DNA of 64,000 bases. Source: a virus. Positions 20,679-28,996 of the stretch are shown piece by piece. Position numbers and translations under genes: made by a program. A model generated the notes under the pieces. That model saw nothing but the letters and a program-made list of their open reading frames with translations. It had not been told where the DNA came from and made no database searches. The stretch lies in IMG/VR virus record IMGVR_UViG_3300030380_006483; one strand, written 5' to 3'. The stretch's first letter is position 1. Every line of letters starts with the position of its first letter.

Positions 20679-20866
20679 TGGCAGAAATAATTAGACATAT
20701 TAGTGGAATGTGTGGTGAACATTTTCACCCAAACATTTGGCACCTTTTATTAGGTGGGGTTGGAATAACAACTATTTTATCGTATATTAGTTTATACTTA
20801 AAATGTAAATTTAAAGCGTTTGCCTATACGCTTAATAATACCTGGCAAAAATTTAAATTAAAATAG
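20678..20866 (+). CDS. Small hypothetical membrane protein
   Basis: 62 aa, one hydrophobic segment, CGEHFHP motif. Confidence 0.55.
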   Translation: MAEIIRHISGMCGEHFHPNIWHLLLGGVGITTILSYISLYLKCKFKAFAYTLNNTWQKFKLK

Positions 20867-20868
20867 AA

Positions 20869-21663
20869 ATGGCAAAAAATGTCGTAGTATCCTTATCTGG
20901 AGGGATGGATTCCTCAACTTTATTACTTAGATGTTTATCTGAGTATGATAACGTAACTGCTTTATCTTTTGATTATGGTCAAAAACATAGAGTAGAATTA
21001 GAAAGGGCTCAATCATTAATTAACTATGTTAATGAAAATGGGCAAAATGTAAATTACCAAGTTATTAAATTAGATGGTTTAGTTAATTTATTAGAATCAA
21101 ATTTAGTAGATGGGGGTGATGATGTACCTGAAGGACATTATGAAGAAGAAAATATGGTTGCAACTGTAGTACCTAATAGAAATAAAATATTTGCTTCTAT
21201 TACCCAAGCAGTAGCATTATCTATAGCAAATAAAACAGAAGAATCTTGTGATATTGCTTTAGGTATTCATGCTGGCGACCACGCAATTTATCCTGATTGT
21301 AGACAAGAATTTAGAGATGCTGATGATGCAGCATTTAGAGTTGGTAATTGGAACTCAGAAACTGTGGGTTACTTTACACCGTATTTAGAAACAGATAAAT
21401 TTGGAATACTACAAGATGGACAAATCCTTGTTAAGAACCTTGGAATTGATTTTAATGAAGTATATAGACGTACTAATACTTCTTATAAACCTTTCCCTAG
21501 CGGTAATAGCGATTATAAATCAGCGAGTTCAGTGGAAAGGATTGAAGCATTCATTAAATTGGGTGTCAGTGACCCTGTACAATATGAGGACGAAACTGGG
21601 CCGGTAGATTATGAAGTTGCGAGAAAACATGTTGAAAAGTTATTAGCAGAATATTCGGAATAA
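20869..21663 (+). CDS. queC: 7-cyano-7-deazaguanine synthase (QueC), Zn-cysteines absent
   Basis: SGGMDS, FDYGQKH, VPNRN, HAGDHAIYPDCR, VERIEAF. Confidence 0.9.
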   Translation: MAKNVVVSLSGGMDSSTLLLRCLSEYDNVTALSFDYGQKHRVELERAQSLINYVNENGQNVNYQVIKLDGLVNLLESNLVDGGDDVPEGHYEEENMVATVVPNRNKIFASITQAVALSIANKTEESCDIALGIHAGDHAIYPDCRQEFRDADDAAFRVGNWNSETVGYFTPYLETDKFGILQDGQILVKNLGIDFNEVYRRTNTSYKPFPSGNSDYKSASSVERIEAFIKLGVSDPVQYEDETGPVDYEVARKHVEKLLAEYSE

Positions 21664-21699
21664 TAATATTTATGGGTTATAAAATTAGAAAGTAAAAAA

Positions 21700-21843
21700 A
21701 TGCCAAAAATAAGTAAAGAAACAGGTAACCCACAAGTTAATACAGCTCGTGATAGTTTTAATAATAATGTACAAAAATTAAGTTTATTAGGGAAAACTAA
21801 AAAGGTGCAATGGGGTGATATGAGAAGATATCGCACCATTTAA
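21700..21843 (+). CDS. 47 aa hypothetical protein (not in ORF track)
   Basis: MPKISKETGNPQVNTARDSF...RRYRTI*; A-rich leader; fills the gap before the tRNA. Confidence 0.5.
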   Translation: MPKISKETGNPQVNTARDSFNNNVQKLSLLGKTKKVQWGDMRRYRTI

Positions 21844-21847
21844 AAAT

Positions 21848-21920
21848 TGCGGGGTGGAGCAGAAGGTAGCTCGCTGGGCTCATAACCCAGAGGTCAGAGG
21901 TTCGAATCCTCTCCCCGCCA
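21848..21920 (+). tRNA. tRNA-Met(CAT), initiator type
   Basis: Full cloverleaf; anticodon stem CTGGG/CCCAG with three G-C pairs; T1:C72 mismatch; T-loop TTCGAAT; CCA not encoded (CTA follows). Confidence 0.93.
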
Positions 21921-21927
21921 CTATTTT

Positions 21928-22446
21928 ATGGAAACAATAAATTTATTTCCCCAAATTTTAAAATCATTTAAGTATTCTAATAATACTAATTTTCTTTTAG
22001 AAGAAATAAATAAAATTAAAGCTTTATATCCAAATAAAGCTCCTTCTTTATTTAAAGATGCAATTTATACTTCTCCAAATTTTCTTTTTCAAAGTTATAA
22101 AAATTTTAAATTTTTAGAAAATGATATAAAATCATTAGTTTTAAAAAATTATAATAAAAATTGTAAAATTACTGATTCTTGGATTAATATATATTATAAA
22201 CATGGGTATAATGATTTCCATAACCATTTTAAAAATGATCTAGCAGGGGTATTATATTTAAAGGTTCCAAAATCTCATCCTGGGATTAATTTTCATAATA
22301 AACATAACCCTATTCAAATATTTAATTATAAACCTCCCTCTAATACAATAATCTTCTTTGATGGTGATCAATATCACAGTTCTTTTCCTAACCCTGAAAA
22401 TACTGAAAAAATAATTATAGCGTTTAATATATCTTTTAAAGATTAA
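21928..22446 (+). CDS. 2OG-Fe(II) oxygenase-like protein (TIGR02466-like)
   Basis: SWINIY..DFHNH..AGVLY..FFDG.QYH..IAFN. Confidence 0.75.
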   Translation: METINLFPQILKSFKYSNNTNFLLEEINKIKALYPNKAPSLFKDAIYTSPNFLFQSYKNFKFLENDIKSLVLKNYNKNCKITDSWINIYYKHGYNDFHNHFKNDLAGVLYLKVPKSHPGINFHNKHNPIQIFNYKPPSNTIIFFDGDQYHSSFPNPENTEKIIIAFNISFKD

Positions 22447-22454
22447 TATATTTA
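22423..22454 (+). promoter_or_regulatory. Possible promoter for the tail fibre gene
   Basis: TTTA-N20-TATATTTA (imperfect -33). Confidence 0.35.
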
Positions 22455-22498
22455 AACAAAAAGTTTACAATATTTATAGATATAAATTTATATATTAG

Positions 22499-24334
22499 AT
22501 GGCTACATTAACCAATAGGACTATAAGATCGACTTACGATCAACTTTTACAACTAGAAGATAATTTAATTCAAGACGGTTTTGGAACTCATTCTTTAAGT
22601 GGTTCCTATAATCTTACTGGAAGTCAATTTATATCTGGTAATCTTCATATTAATGGTACAGCTTCTATTGATTATTTAGTTTCTTCTTATGAATCATCAT
22701 CTATTATTTTTAGTTCAGGTTCAACAAAATTCGGAGATGACACTTCAGATACCCATGAATTTACGGGAAGTGTTCTAATAAGTGGTTCCGCTTTTAGTAC
22801 AAATTGGAGTGGATCCTTTACTGGTTCATTTATTGGTTTAGCAGATTCTTCATCTAATGCGACAAGAGCAGTTACTGCTTCACAAGCTGATAGAGCTACA
22901 ACATCTTCCCTTGCTAATAAGGCCTCTAATCTACAAATAGTTGGAGAAGATTCAAGTGCAGCCACTCATTATGTTCTTTTTGGCCCTAACTCATCAGGAG
23001 AATCTGATGTTAATGCAGATGGTAATTTAAATTATGTACCCAATACTGAAACTTTAACAGTTACTAAAGTAATAGGTAATTTAGAAGGAACAGCATCAAA
23101 TGCTGATACAGCATCTGTATTATTAGGTTCTGTAATTTCGGCTTCTCATTGTGAGACCGCTTCACTAGCAATTTCAACATCAGTAGTTAATGTTACTTCA
23201 ACTTCATTTGCAAACAGTGGTGATGGTCCATTTACTGGTTCATTTTCATCCAGTTTACCTTCATTATTATCCGGTTCATTTACAGGTTCCTTTACTGGCT
23301 CATTAGTTGGTAATACATCAGTTAGTAACATACTACAAACTGGTACTACTCAAACAACGGGATCTAATACTATTTCTGGGTCATTAACAATAACAGGAAG
23401 TTCAACTTTAGCAGTAAGAATAACTGGTAGTACAGCTTTAACAGGAAGTCTATTACAAAGTGGCAGTATTGTATCAACTGGAAGTTTATTACAAAAAGGT
23501 AGTACACAAATTTCAGGTTCTACTCTTTTATCAGGTTCATTACTTTTAACAGGTAGTAGTACCCTGGCATTAAGAGTTAGCGGTAGTACAGCTTTAACGG
23601 GTAGCTTACTACATAGTGGTAGTACAGCCCTAACGGGGAGTTTATTACAAAGTGGTAGTATTGCATTAACTGGAAGTTTATTACAGATTGGTACTACACA
23701 AACTACTGGATCTAATATTATATCTGGATCATTATTAATAACAGGTAGTTCTGCAATAGGACTTAGAATGTCTGGAAGTACGGCATTAACGGGTAGTGTT
23801 TTCCAAACAGGATCACTTAATGTAACTGGTAGTACTAATTTATCTGGATCTTTAGTAATAGTAGGAAATATTAATACGGGACAGGGTGTTACAGAAGTAT
23901 ATTTACAAAACCAAAATTTAAGAACAGCTGATTCAGTACAATTTAATGGACTAGGAGTTGGAACAGCACCATCAGGAGTAGCAGGAGCTATTTTAGCTAC
24001 TAATGATGTTGTAGCATTTGCTTCTTCAGATGAAAGATTAAAGGAAAATCTAGAACCAATTGGAAGTGCTACAGAAAAAATAGGACAATTAACTGGTTAT
24101 ACATTTGATTGGATTCCAATGGAAGGAATTCATGTACATTCAGGACATGATGTTGGAATTATTGCTCAAGAAGTAGAAAAGGTACTTCCTGAAGTTGTAG
24201 AAACAAGAAAAAATGGTTATAAAGCTGTTAAATATGAAAAACTTACAGCATTACTTATACAAGCCCTTAACGAACAACAAAAAGAAATTGATAACCTTAA
24301 AAGTAAGGTTGGATCGTTAGAAAATCGTTTGTAA
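22499..24334 (+). CDS. Tail fibre/spike-like protein with GS repeats and a C-terminal intramolecular chaperone (peptidase S74-like)
   Basis: SSDERLKEN..GYTFDW..DVGIIAQEVEKVLPEVV..YKAVKYEKL..LIQA plus terminal coiled coil; central GSxxx[ST] repeats. Confidence 0.85.
   Translation: MATLTNRTIRSTYDQLLQLEDNLIQDGFGTHSLSGSYNLTGSQFISGNLHINGTASIDYLVSSYESSSIIFSSGSTKFGDDTSDTHEFTGSVLISGSAFSTNWSGSFTGSFIGLADSSSNATRAVTASQADRATTSSLANKASNLQIVGEDSSAATHYVLFGPNSSGESDVNADGNLNYVPNTETLTVTKVIGNLEGTASNADTASVLLGSVISASHCETASLAISTSVVNVTSTSFANSGDGPFTGSFSSSLPSLLSGSFTGSFTGSLVGNTSVSNILQTGTTQTTGSNTISGSLTITGSSTLAVRITGSTALTGSLLQSGSIVSTGSLLQKGSTQISGSTLLSGSLLLTGSSTLALRVSGSTALTGSLLHSGSTALTGSLLQSGSIALTGSLLQIGTTQTTGSNIISGSLLITGSSAIGLRMSGSTALTGSVFQTGSLNVTGSTNLSGSLVIVGNINTGQGVTEVYLQNQNLRTADSVQFNGLGVGTAPSGVAGAILATNDVVAFASSDERLKENLEPIGSATEKIGQLTGYTFDWIPMEGIHVHSGHDVGIIAQEVEKVLPEVVETRKNGYKAVKYEKLTALLIQALNEQQKEIDNLKSKVGSLENRL
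23342..23866 (+). repeat. Intragenic 6/12-residue GS repeat array
   Basis: Repeated GSTALTGSLLQS-type units; DNA near-repeats such as ggtagtacagc(t/c)(t/c)taac. Confidence 0.85.
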
Positions 24335-24344
24335 ATTACCTTTA

Positions 24345-25454
24345 ATGAGTTATAATATTTTAGGAATTAACAGCAGTCATAATGGCTCAGTTTGTGTTTT
24401 ATGTGATGGGGAAATTGATTTTTTTGTAGAAGAAGAAAGATTTTCTAGAAATAAACATGAAGATACACCTGTAGAAATTTTAAAATATGTTGCTTCTAAA
24501 TATAAAATTGATGAAATTGCTATTGGTGGTTTAGAAATTCTTTTTGAAGCAAATGCTTCAAAAATTTATCAAAATTATTTAAAACTTTTATTCAAAAATA
24601 CTCCACTTACTAATTTATTAGGATCCCATCATCTTTGCCATGCTTTTTCTAGCTTTAGCAGTTCAGGTTTTAATAAAGCTTTATGTGTAGTTATAGATGG
24701 GTCTGGAAGTTTATTATATAGAAAAGAGGATGAAAAATTAATAGGAGTAGAAACTGAAAGTATTTTTACTTTTAAATATCCTACAAATATAAGCACTATA
24801 TATAAATCTTATAAAACTTTTAATCCTAATGATGATAAAAGTACAGATAGTAAATTAATGAATTTTAATATTACTTTAGGAAAATTATATGAAAGTATTA
24901 CTACTAAATTATTTGGACATTGGGTGTATGCCGGTAAGACTATGGGTTTATCTTCTTATGGAAAATATGACAAAAATATTCCTTCATTAATAATAAACCA
25001 AAGAGCTAATCCTAAATTTTTAGCAGGAAAAACTACAACTAATATTAAAATGGATCTTAATGATGTTGAAGGTACCATAAATACAAAGTATGATTATTTA
25101 TTTAAAGAAGAATTAAAGTCTAATATATGTTATCATTTACAAAATGAGATACAAGAAGTTGTAGGAGATATAATAGAAAAATATGTAAAAAAAACAGGAT
25201 TAAAAAAAGTTTGTGGCTCCGGAGGTTATTTTTTAAACTGTGTATCAAACTATTATTTAAAAAAAAGATTTCCTGATATAGATTTTTATTTTGACCCAAT
25301 ATCAAATGATGCAGGTATAGCATTAGGTGCTGCTAAATTATTGTGGCATATGAGAAAAAATGATACAACCATAAGACCTCAAAAAACATTATATAATGGG
25401 CCAAAATATACTAATAAAGAAATTTATAAAAAAATTCAAGAATATTTGGATTAG
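24345..25454 (+). CDS. Carbamoyltransferase (CmcH/NodU/TobZ family), N-terminal Kae1-like domain only (paralogue A)
   Basis: GINSSHNGS, EEERF.R.K, HHLCHA, VIDGSG, GKTMGLSSYG, GGYFLNC, DAG; ends after LYNGPKY with no YrdC-like domain. Confidence 0.85.
   Translation: MSYNILGINSSHNGSVCVLCDGEIDFFVEEERFSRNKHEDTPVEILKYVASKYKIDEIAIGGLEILFEANASKIYQNYLKLLFKNTPLTNLLGSHHLCHAFSSFSSSGFNKALCVVIDGSGSLLYRKEDEKLIGVETESIFTFKYPTNISTIYKSYKTFNPNDDKSTDSKLMNFNITLGKLYESITTKLFGHWVYAGKTMGLSSYGKYDKNIPSLIINQRANPKFLAGKTTTNIKMDLNDVEGTINTKYDYLFKEELKSNICYHLQNEIQEVVGDIIEKYVKKTGLKKVCGSGGYFLNCVSNYYLKKRFPDIDFYFDPISNDAGIALGAAKLLWHMRKNDTTIRPQKTLYNGPKYTNKEIYKKIQEYLD
25221..25303 (+). repeat. 83 nt near-identical repeat shared by paralogues A and B
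   Basis: 25221-25303 vs 28377-28459: 82/83 identical by manual alignment; partial copy around 31703-31781. Confidence 0.9.
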
Positions 25455-25476
25455 TTATATAGTTATATTATATTGG
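25445..25476 (+). promoter_or_regulatory. Bacteroidota-type promoter for queE-folE-PRTase
   Basis: TTTG-N20-TATATTGG; the -33 box lies in the last codons of paralogue A. Confidence 0.6.
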
Positions 25477-25491
25477 GACTAATATTAGTCC
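25476..25491. promoter_or_regulatory. Perfect 16 bp palindrome at the predicted TSS (operator or 5' hairpin)
   Basis: GGACTAATATTAGTCC equals its own reverse complement. Confidence 0.6.
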
Positions 25492-25525
25492 AAGTGACAG
25501 TAAAACCACTATAAAAAATTAACAT

Positions 25526-26299
25526 ATGCTTAAAAGAATAGACGATTATTCTAAACGTCTCCCAGTATTAGAATTATACACAGCAGTACAATCGGAGGGA
25601 TCCAGACAAGGATATCCTACTATTGTAGTTAGAACAACAGGCTGTACACACAGATGTTATTTTGGAGAAGGTGGATGGTGTGATAGCTGGTATACATCAA
25701 TACATCCTGAAAAAGGAAAATATAATTTTCAAGATATTATTGATATGTACGATAAACATCCCCATATAAAGGAGATGATGTTAACAGGAGGATCACCAAC
25801 AATGCATCCTGCTTTAGTAAATGAATTAACACACCTAGCAAATGAAAGAAATATTTTCATTACCATCGAAACTGAGGGATCTCATTTCCTTCCCACTGAC
25901 TTTCCTATTGGTCTCCTTAGTATTAGCCCTAAATTCAGTAATTCAGTTCCTACTCTCGGTGCTACAACTCCTCAAGGACATACTGTGGAGCAGAAGATGA
26001 TTGATAGACATAACAAGTATAGATTAAATAAAGAAGCTATAAAAAAGTCTATTGAATATCATAATGATTACCATATTAAACCCGTATTAGATAAAGATTT
26101 AACTATGGTAGGTGAAGTAGAAGAATTCATTAAAGAACTAGACATTCCAGATCATAAAATTTGGGCAATGCCAGCAGGTGATGATAGGGAATCATTATTT
26201 GAAAGTTATGGTCCTGTAATGAACTTTGTAAGGGATAGAGGTTGGAGATATACCGGTAGATCCCATATAATGGCCTTTGATACAGAAAGAGAGGTTTAA
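25526..26299 (+). CDS. queE: 7-carboxy-7-deazaguanine synthase (radical SAM)
   Basis: VQSEG..G..VRTTGC; CX3CX7C cluster motif; LTGGSP, ETEG, SISPK. Confidence 0.88.
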   Translation: MLKRIDDYSKRLPVLELYTAVQSEGSRQGYPTIVVRTTGCTHRCYFGEGGWCDSWYTSIHPEKGKYNFQDIIDMYDKHPHIKEMMLTGGSPTMHPALVNELTHLANERNIFITIETEGSHFLPTDFPIGLLSISPKFSNSVPTLGATTPQGHTVEQKMIDRHNKYRLNKEAIKKSIEYHNDYHIKPVLDKDLTMVGEVEEFIKELDIPDHKIWAMPAGDDRESLFESYGPVMNFVRDRGWRYTGRSHIMAFDTEREV

Positions 26300-26434
26300 A
26301 TGGATAAGGAAGAAGCACTCCAAATTTTAGAAGAAATAAAAGAAAATGTAAATGTCTGCTGTGCCGTTACTATGGAACCAGAAGATGTATTAGAATTAAT
26401 AGATAAATTAGAAAGTTATATAAATGAACAATAG
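26300..26434 (+). CDS. 44 aa acidic protein (not in ORF track)
   Basis: MDKEEALQILEEIKENVNVCCAVTMEPEDVLELIDKLESYINEQ*; coupled to queE and folE. Confidence 0.55.
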   Translation: MDKEEALQILEEIKENVNVCCAVTMEPEDVLELIDKLESYINEQ

Positions 26435-27116
26435 AAAACAACAACACACAGATTTAGAATCTGTACCAGTAGGTTACGCAAATGGTGTAGCACCTGGATT
26501 TCCTTTAACAGATAAGGAAAAACAAAAAATGATAGATCGTGCTGCAAAAGCATATGGTAAATTCTTAACTGAATTAAAATGTGATTGGGAAAATGATCCT
26601 AATTCGGCTGATACACCAAGACGTGTAGCTAAAGCCTATGTAAATGATTTATGGGAAGGTAGATATACTGCTATGAGTGAAGTAACATCTTTCCCAAGTG
26701 ATGGTTATGATGGTATAGTAATAGAAAGAAATATACCAATTACATCAATGTGTTCTCACCACCACCAAACTATAAAAGGTTTAGTACATATAGGTTATAT
26801 CGCAGATGAAGATGGTAGAGTAGTTGGATTATCTAAATTAAATAGGATAGTAGAATTATTTGGTAGAAGAGGAGCAATACAAGAACAATTAACATCAGCG
26901 ATTCACAATGCTGTAAACACTATTTGTACGAATAATAAAGGTGTTATTGTTACAGTAGTAGCTACACATAATTGTGTTAGTTGTAGAGGAGTAAAACATC
27001 ATGGAGCTTCAATGGTTACAACAAAAGCATCTGGTGTATTTATGCAAAATGAAAACTTAGCTAGAAAGGAGTTTTTTGATTCAATTAAAGTTAATAATGG
27101 AAATCATCCTGTATAA
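26424..27116 (+). CDS. folE: GTP cyclohydrolase I
   Basis: DTPRRVAK, SMCSHH, GLSKLNR, IQEQLT, HNCVSCRGV. Confidence 0.93.
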   Translation: MNNRKQQHTDLESVPVGYANGVAPGFPLTDKEKQKMIDRAAKAYGKFLTELKCDWENDPNSADTPRRVAKAYVNDLWEGRYTAMSEVTSFPSDGYDGIVIERNIPITSMCSHHHQTIKGLVHIGYIADEDGRVVGLSKLNRIVELFGRRGAIQEQLTSAIHNAVNTICTNNKGVIVTVVATHNCVSCRGVKHHGASMVTTKASGVFMQNENLARKEFFDSIKVNNGNHPV

Positions 27117-27553
27117 TGGTAATAGAATTAAATGATAAAGCATTCCTATCATGGGATGACATAGAAAAACAAGTTGATAAACTTGTAGAACAAATAAATA
27201 AAATGGATAAAAAACCATTTTACATTTATGGTGTGCCTCGTGGAGGAGCCATTCCAGCTGTATGGTTATCTCATAAAACTGGTATAAAATATCAACAAAT
27301 TAATTCATCCCAAATATCAAAATCAGCAGATTTATCTCATGTATTGATAGTAGATGATATTTGTGATTCAGGAGAAACAATACAAAAACTTAAAGAAGAT
27401 TTCCCTAAGTGTTTAACTGCAACTTTATATCATAAAGAATCAGCAATTGATAAACCAGATATTTATGGAGAAATATCCACGTATAATTGGTTATATTTTC
27501 CTTGGGAAAACCAACAATCCTCAGAAGTAAGAGATAACACATATGGGTTATAA
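27116..27553 (+). CDS. Type I phosphoribosyltransferase (Gpt/XGPRT-like)
   Basis: GVPRGG, PRPP loop LIVDDICDSGET, W.YFPWE. Confidence 0.88.
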   Translation: MVIELNDKAFLSWDDIEKQVDKLVEQINKMDKKPFYIYGVPRGGAIPAVWLSHKTGIKYQQINSSQISKSADLSHVLIVDDICDSGETIQKLKEDFPKCLTATLYHKESAIDKPDIYGEISTYNWLYFPWENQQSSEVRDNTYGL

Positions 27554-28607
27554 TATTCTAGGAGTTACTCCTGGTCATAATGGTTCTATAGCTTTAGTTT
27601 CAAACGGAAAATTAGTTTTTTATTTAGAAGAAGAAAGATTATCTAAGGTAAAAAAAGATGCTAATCCATTAAAGACACTTTATTTTTCATTACAAAAATA
27701 TAAGATAGATGAAGTAGTATTATGTGGTGCCGGACGTCAATCACCAAACTTAGTCCGTAAAGGAGAGGATTTATATTATTCTATATCTAGAAAATTTTAT
27801 CCTAAAGTAAAATTCACTAGTTATGAAGATCATCATCATCTAACACATGCAGCTTCTTCATTTTATACTTCTGGTTTTCAAAAATCTTTAGGAGTAGTAA
27901 TTGATGCCCAAGGATCCAATTTTAATTATAAAGGAGAAAAAATATTTGAAAATGATTCTTTATTTTATTGTGAATATCCTAATAATATTAATCCAATCCA
28001 TAAAATATATCTTTCTGATTCTATTAGTCATTCAACTAAACAAGAAAAAATTACACCCTTTTTTTCAACAGCAAAGGTTTATGAAGCAGTAAGTGAATAT
28101 TTAAATTTTCATGAAGAAGAGGGTAAAACTATGGGTTTATCTTCTTATGGTAAGTCTAATTCTTTTATTTTAGATTTTTTAAAGGATGGAATAATAAACC
28201 CTAAATATTATACACATGAAAAAACTTATGGTTCTATATACCCAAAAATGAAGTTCCCTAAAAATATCCCTCCTAAAGATATAGCATGGGAAATTCAAAA
28301 TAAATCCCAACAAATAGTAGGTGATTATATAGAAAAAGGAATTAAAGAAACAGGATTAAAACAAGTTTGTTGCGCTGGAGGTTATTTTTTAAACTGTGTA
28401 TCAAACTATTATTTAAAAAAAAGATTTCCTGATATAGATTTCTATTTTGACCCAATATCCCATGATGGTGGAACCTCAATTGGAGCAGCTTTATATAGAT
28501 GGTACAACCACTCTCAGGATAAGAGTATAAGACCTAGAAAAAATTTGTATAATGGTTTTAAATATTCTAAAAAAGAATTAAAAAAAATAATTAAAAAATA
28601 TTTATAA
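27543..28607 (+). CDS. Carbamoyltransferase, N-terminal domain only (paralogue B)
   Basis: GVTPGHNGS, EEERLSK.K, HHLTHA, GKTMGLSSYG, GGYFLNC, DGG; ends after LYNGFKY. Confidence 0.85.
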   Translation: MGYNILGVTPGHNGSIALVSNGKLVFYLEEERLSKVKKDANPLKTLYFSLQKYKIDEVVLCGAGRQSPNLVRKGEDLYYSISRKFYPKVKFTSYEDHHHLTHAASSFYTSGFQKSLGVVIDAQGSNFNYKGEKIFENDSLFYCEYPNNINPIHKIYLSDSISHSTKQEKITPFFSTAKVYEAVSEYLNFHEEEGKTMGLSSYGKSNSFILDFLKDGIINPKYYTHEKTYGSIYPKMKFPKNIPPKDIAWEIQNKSQQIVGDYIEKGIKETGLKQVCCAGGYFLNCVSNYYLKKRFPDIDFYFDPISHDGGTSIGAALYRWYNHSQDKSIRPRKNLYNGFKYSKKELKKIIKKYL

Positions 28608-28609
28608 TT

Positions 28610-28996
28610 ATGAAAGACTTTAATTCAAAAGATAAATCTAAAGGGTTAGGAGATACAATAGCAAAAATTACTAATGCTACTGGTTTAGATAAAATAGCCG
28701 ATGCTGTAGCTAAAGCAGCAGGCGCCGAAGATTGTGGTTGTAATAAAAGGAGAAAAACATTAAATGAACTTTTTCCTTACACTAAAAAAACAGAAATTAA
28801 AAAACCACATATTAATACTAAACCTTTAGATAAAATTACTGGAAAATATGAGGTTATTCAAAAAATTCATTGTACCTTACCAGAATTAGGAAGGATAACT
28901 TTTAATAAAGGTTCTGTTTTATTAATAGATAAAAAACACCCTTTATATAAAGATATTTCTTTTTACTATAAAAAAAATATTATTAAAAAAATATAA
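28610..28996 (+). CDS. Hypothetical protein with GLGD..DCGC motif
   Basis: KGLGDTIAKIT..DCGCNKRR..LN.LFPY, a pattern I recall from phage ORFs; function unknown. Confidence 0.65.
   Translation: MKDFNSKDKSKGLGDTIAKITNATGLDKIADAVAKAAGAEDCGCNKRRKTLNELFPYTKKTEIKKPHINTKPLDKITGKYEVIQKIHCTLPELGRITFNKGSVLLIDKKHPLYKDISFYYKKNIIKKI

Noticed and set aside
21401-21607. Alternative-frame + strand ORF inside queC (likewise 27901-28092 inside paralogue B)
   Set aside because: Nested in recognised genes with no independent signals
21913-25454. tRNA as an att site for the fibre cassette
   Set aside because: No duplicated tRNA 3' end near the right border and no integrase in the window
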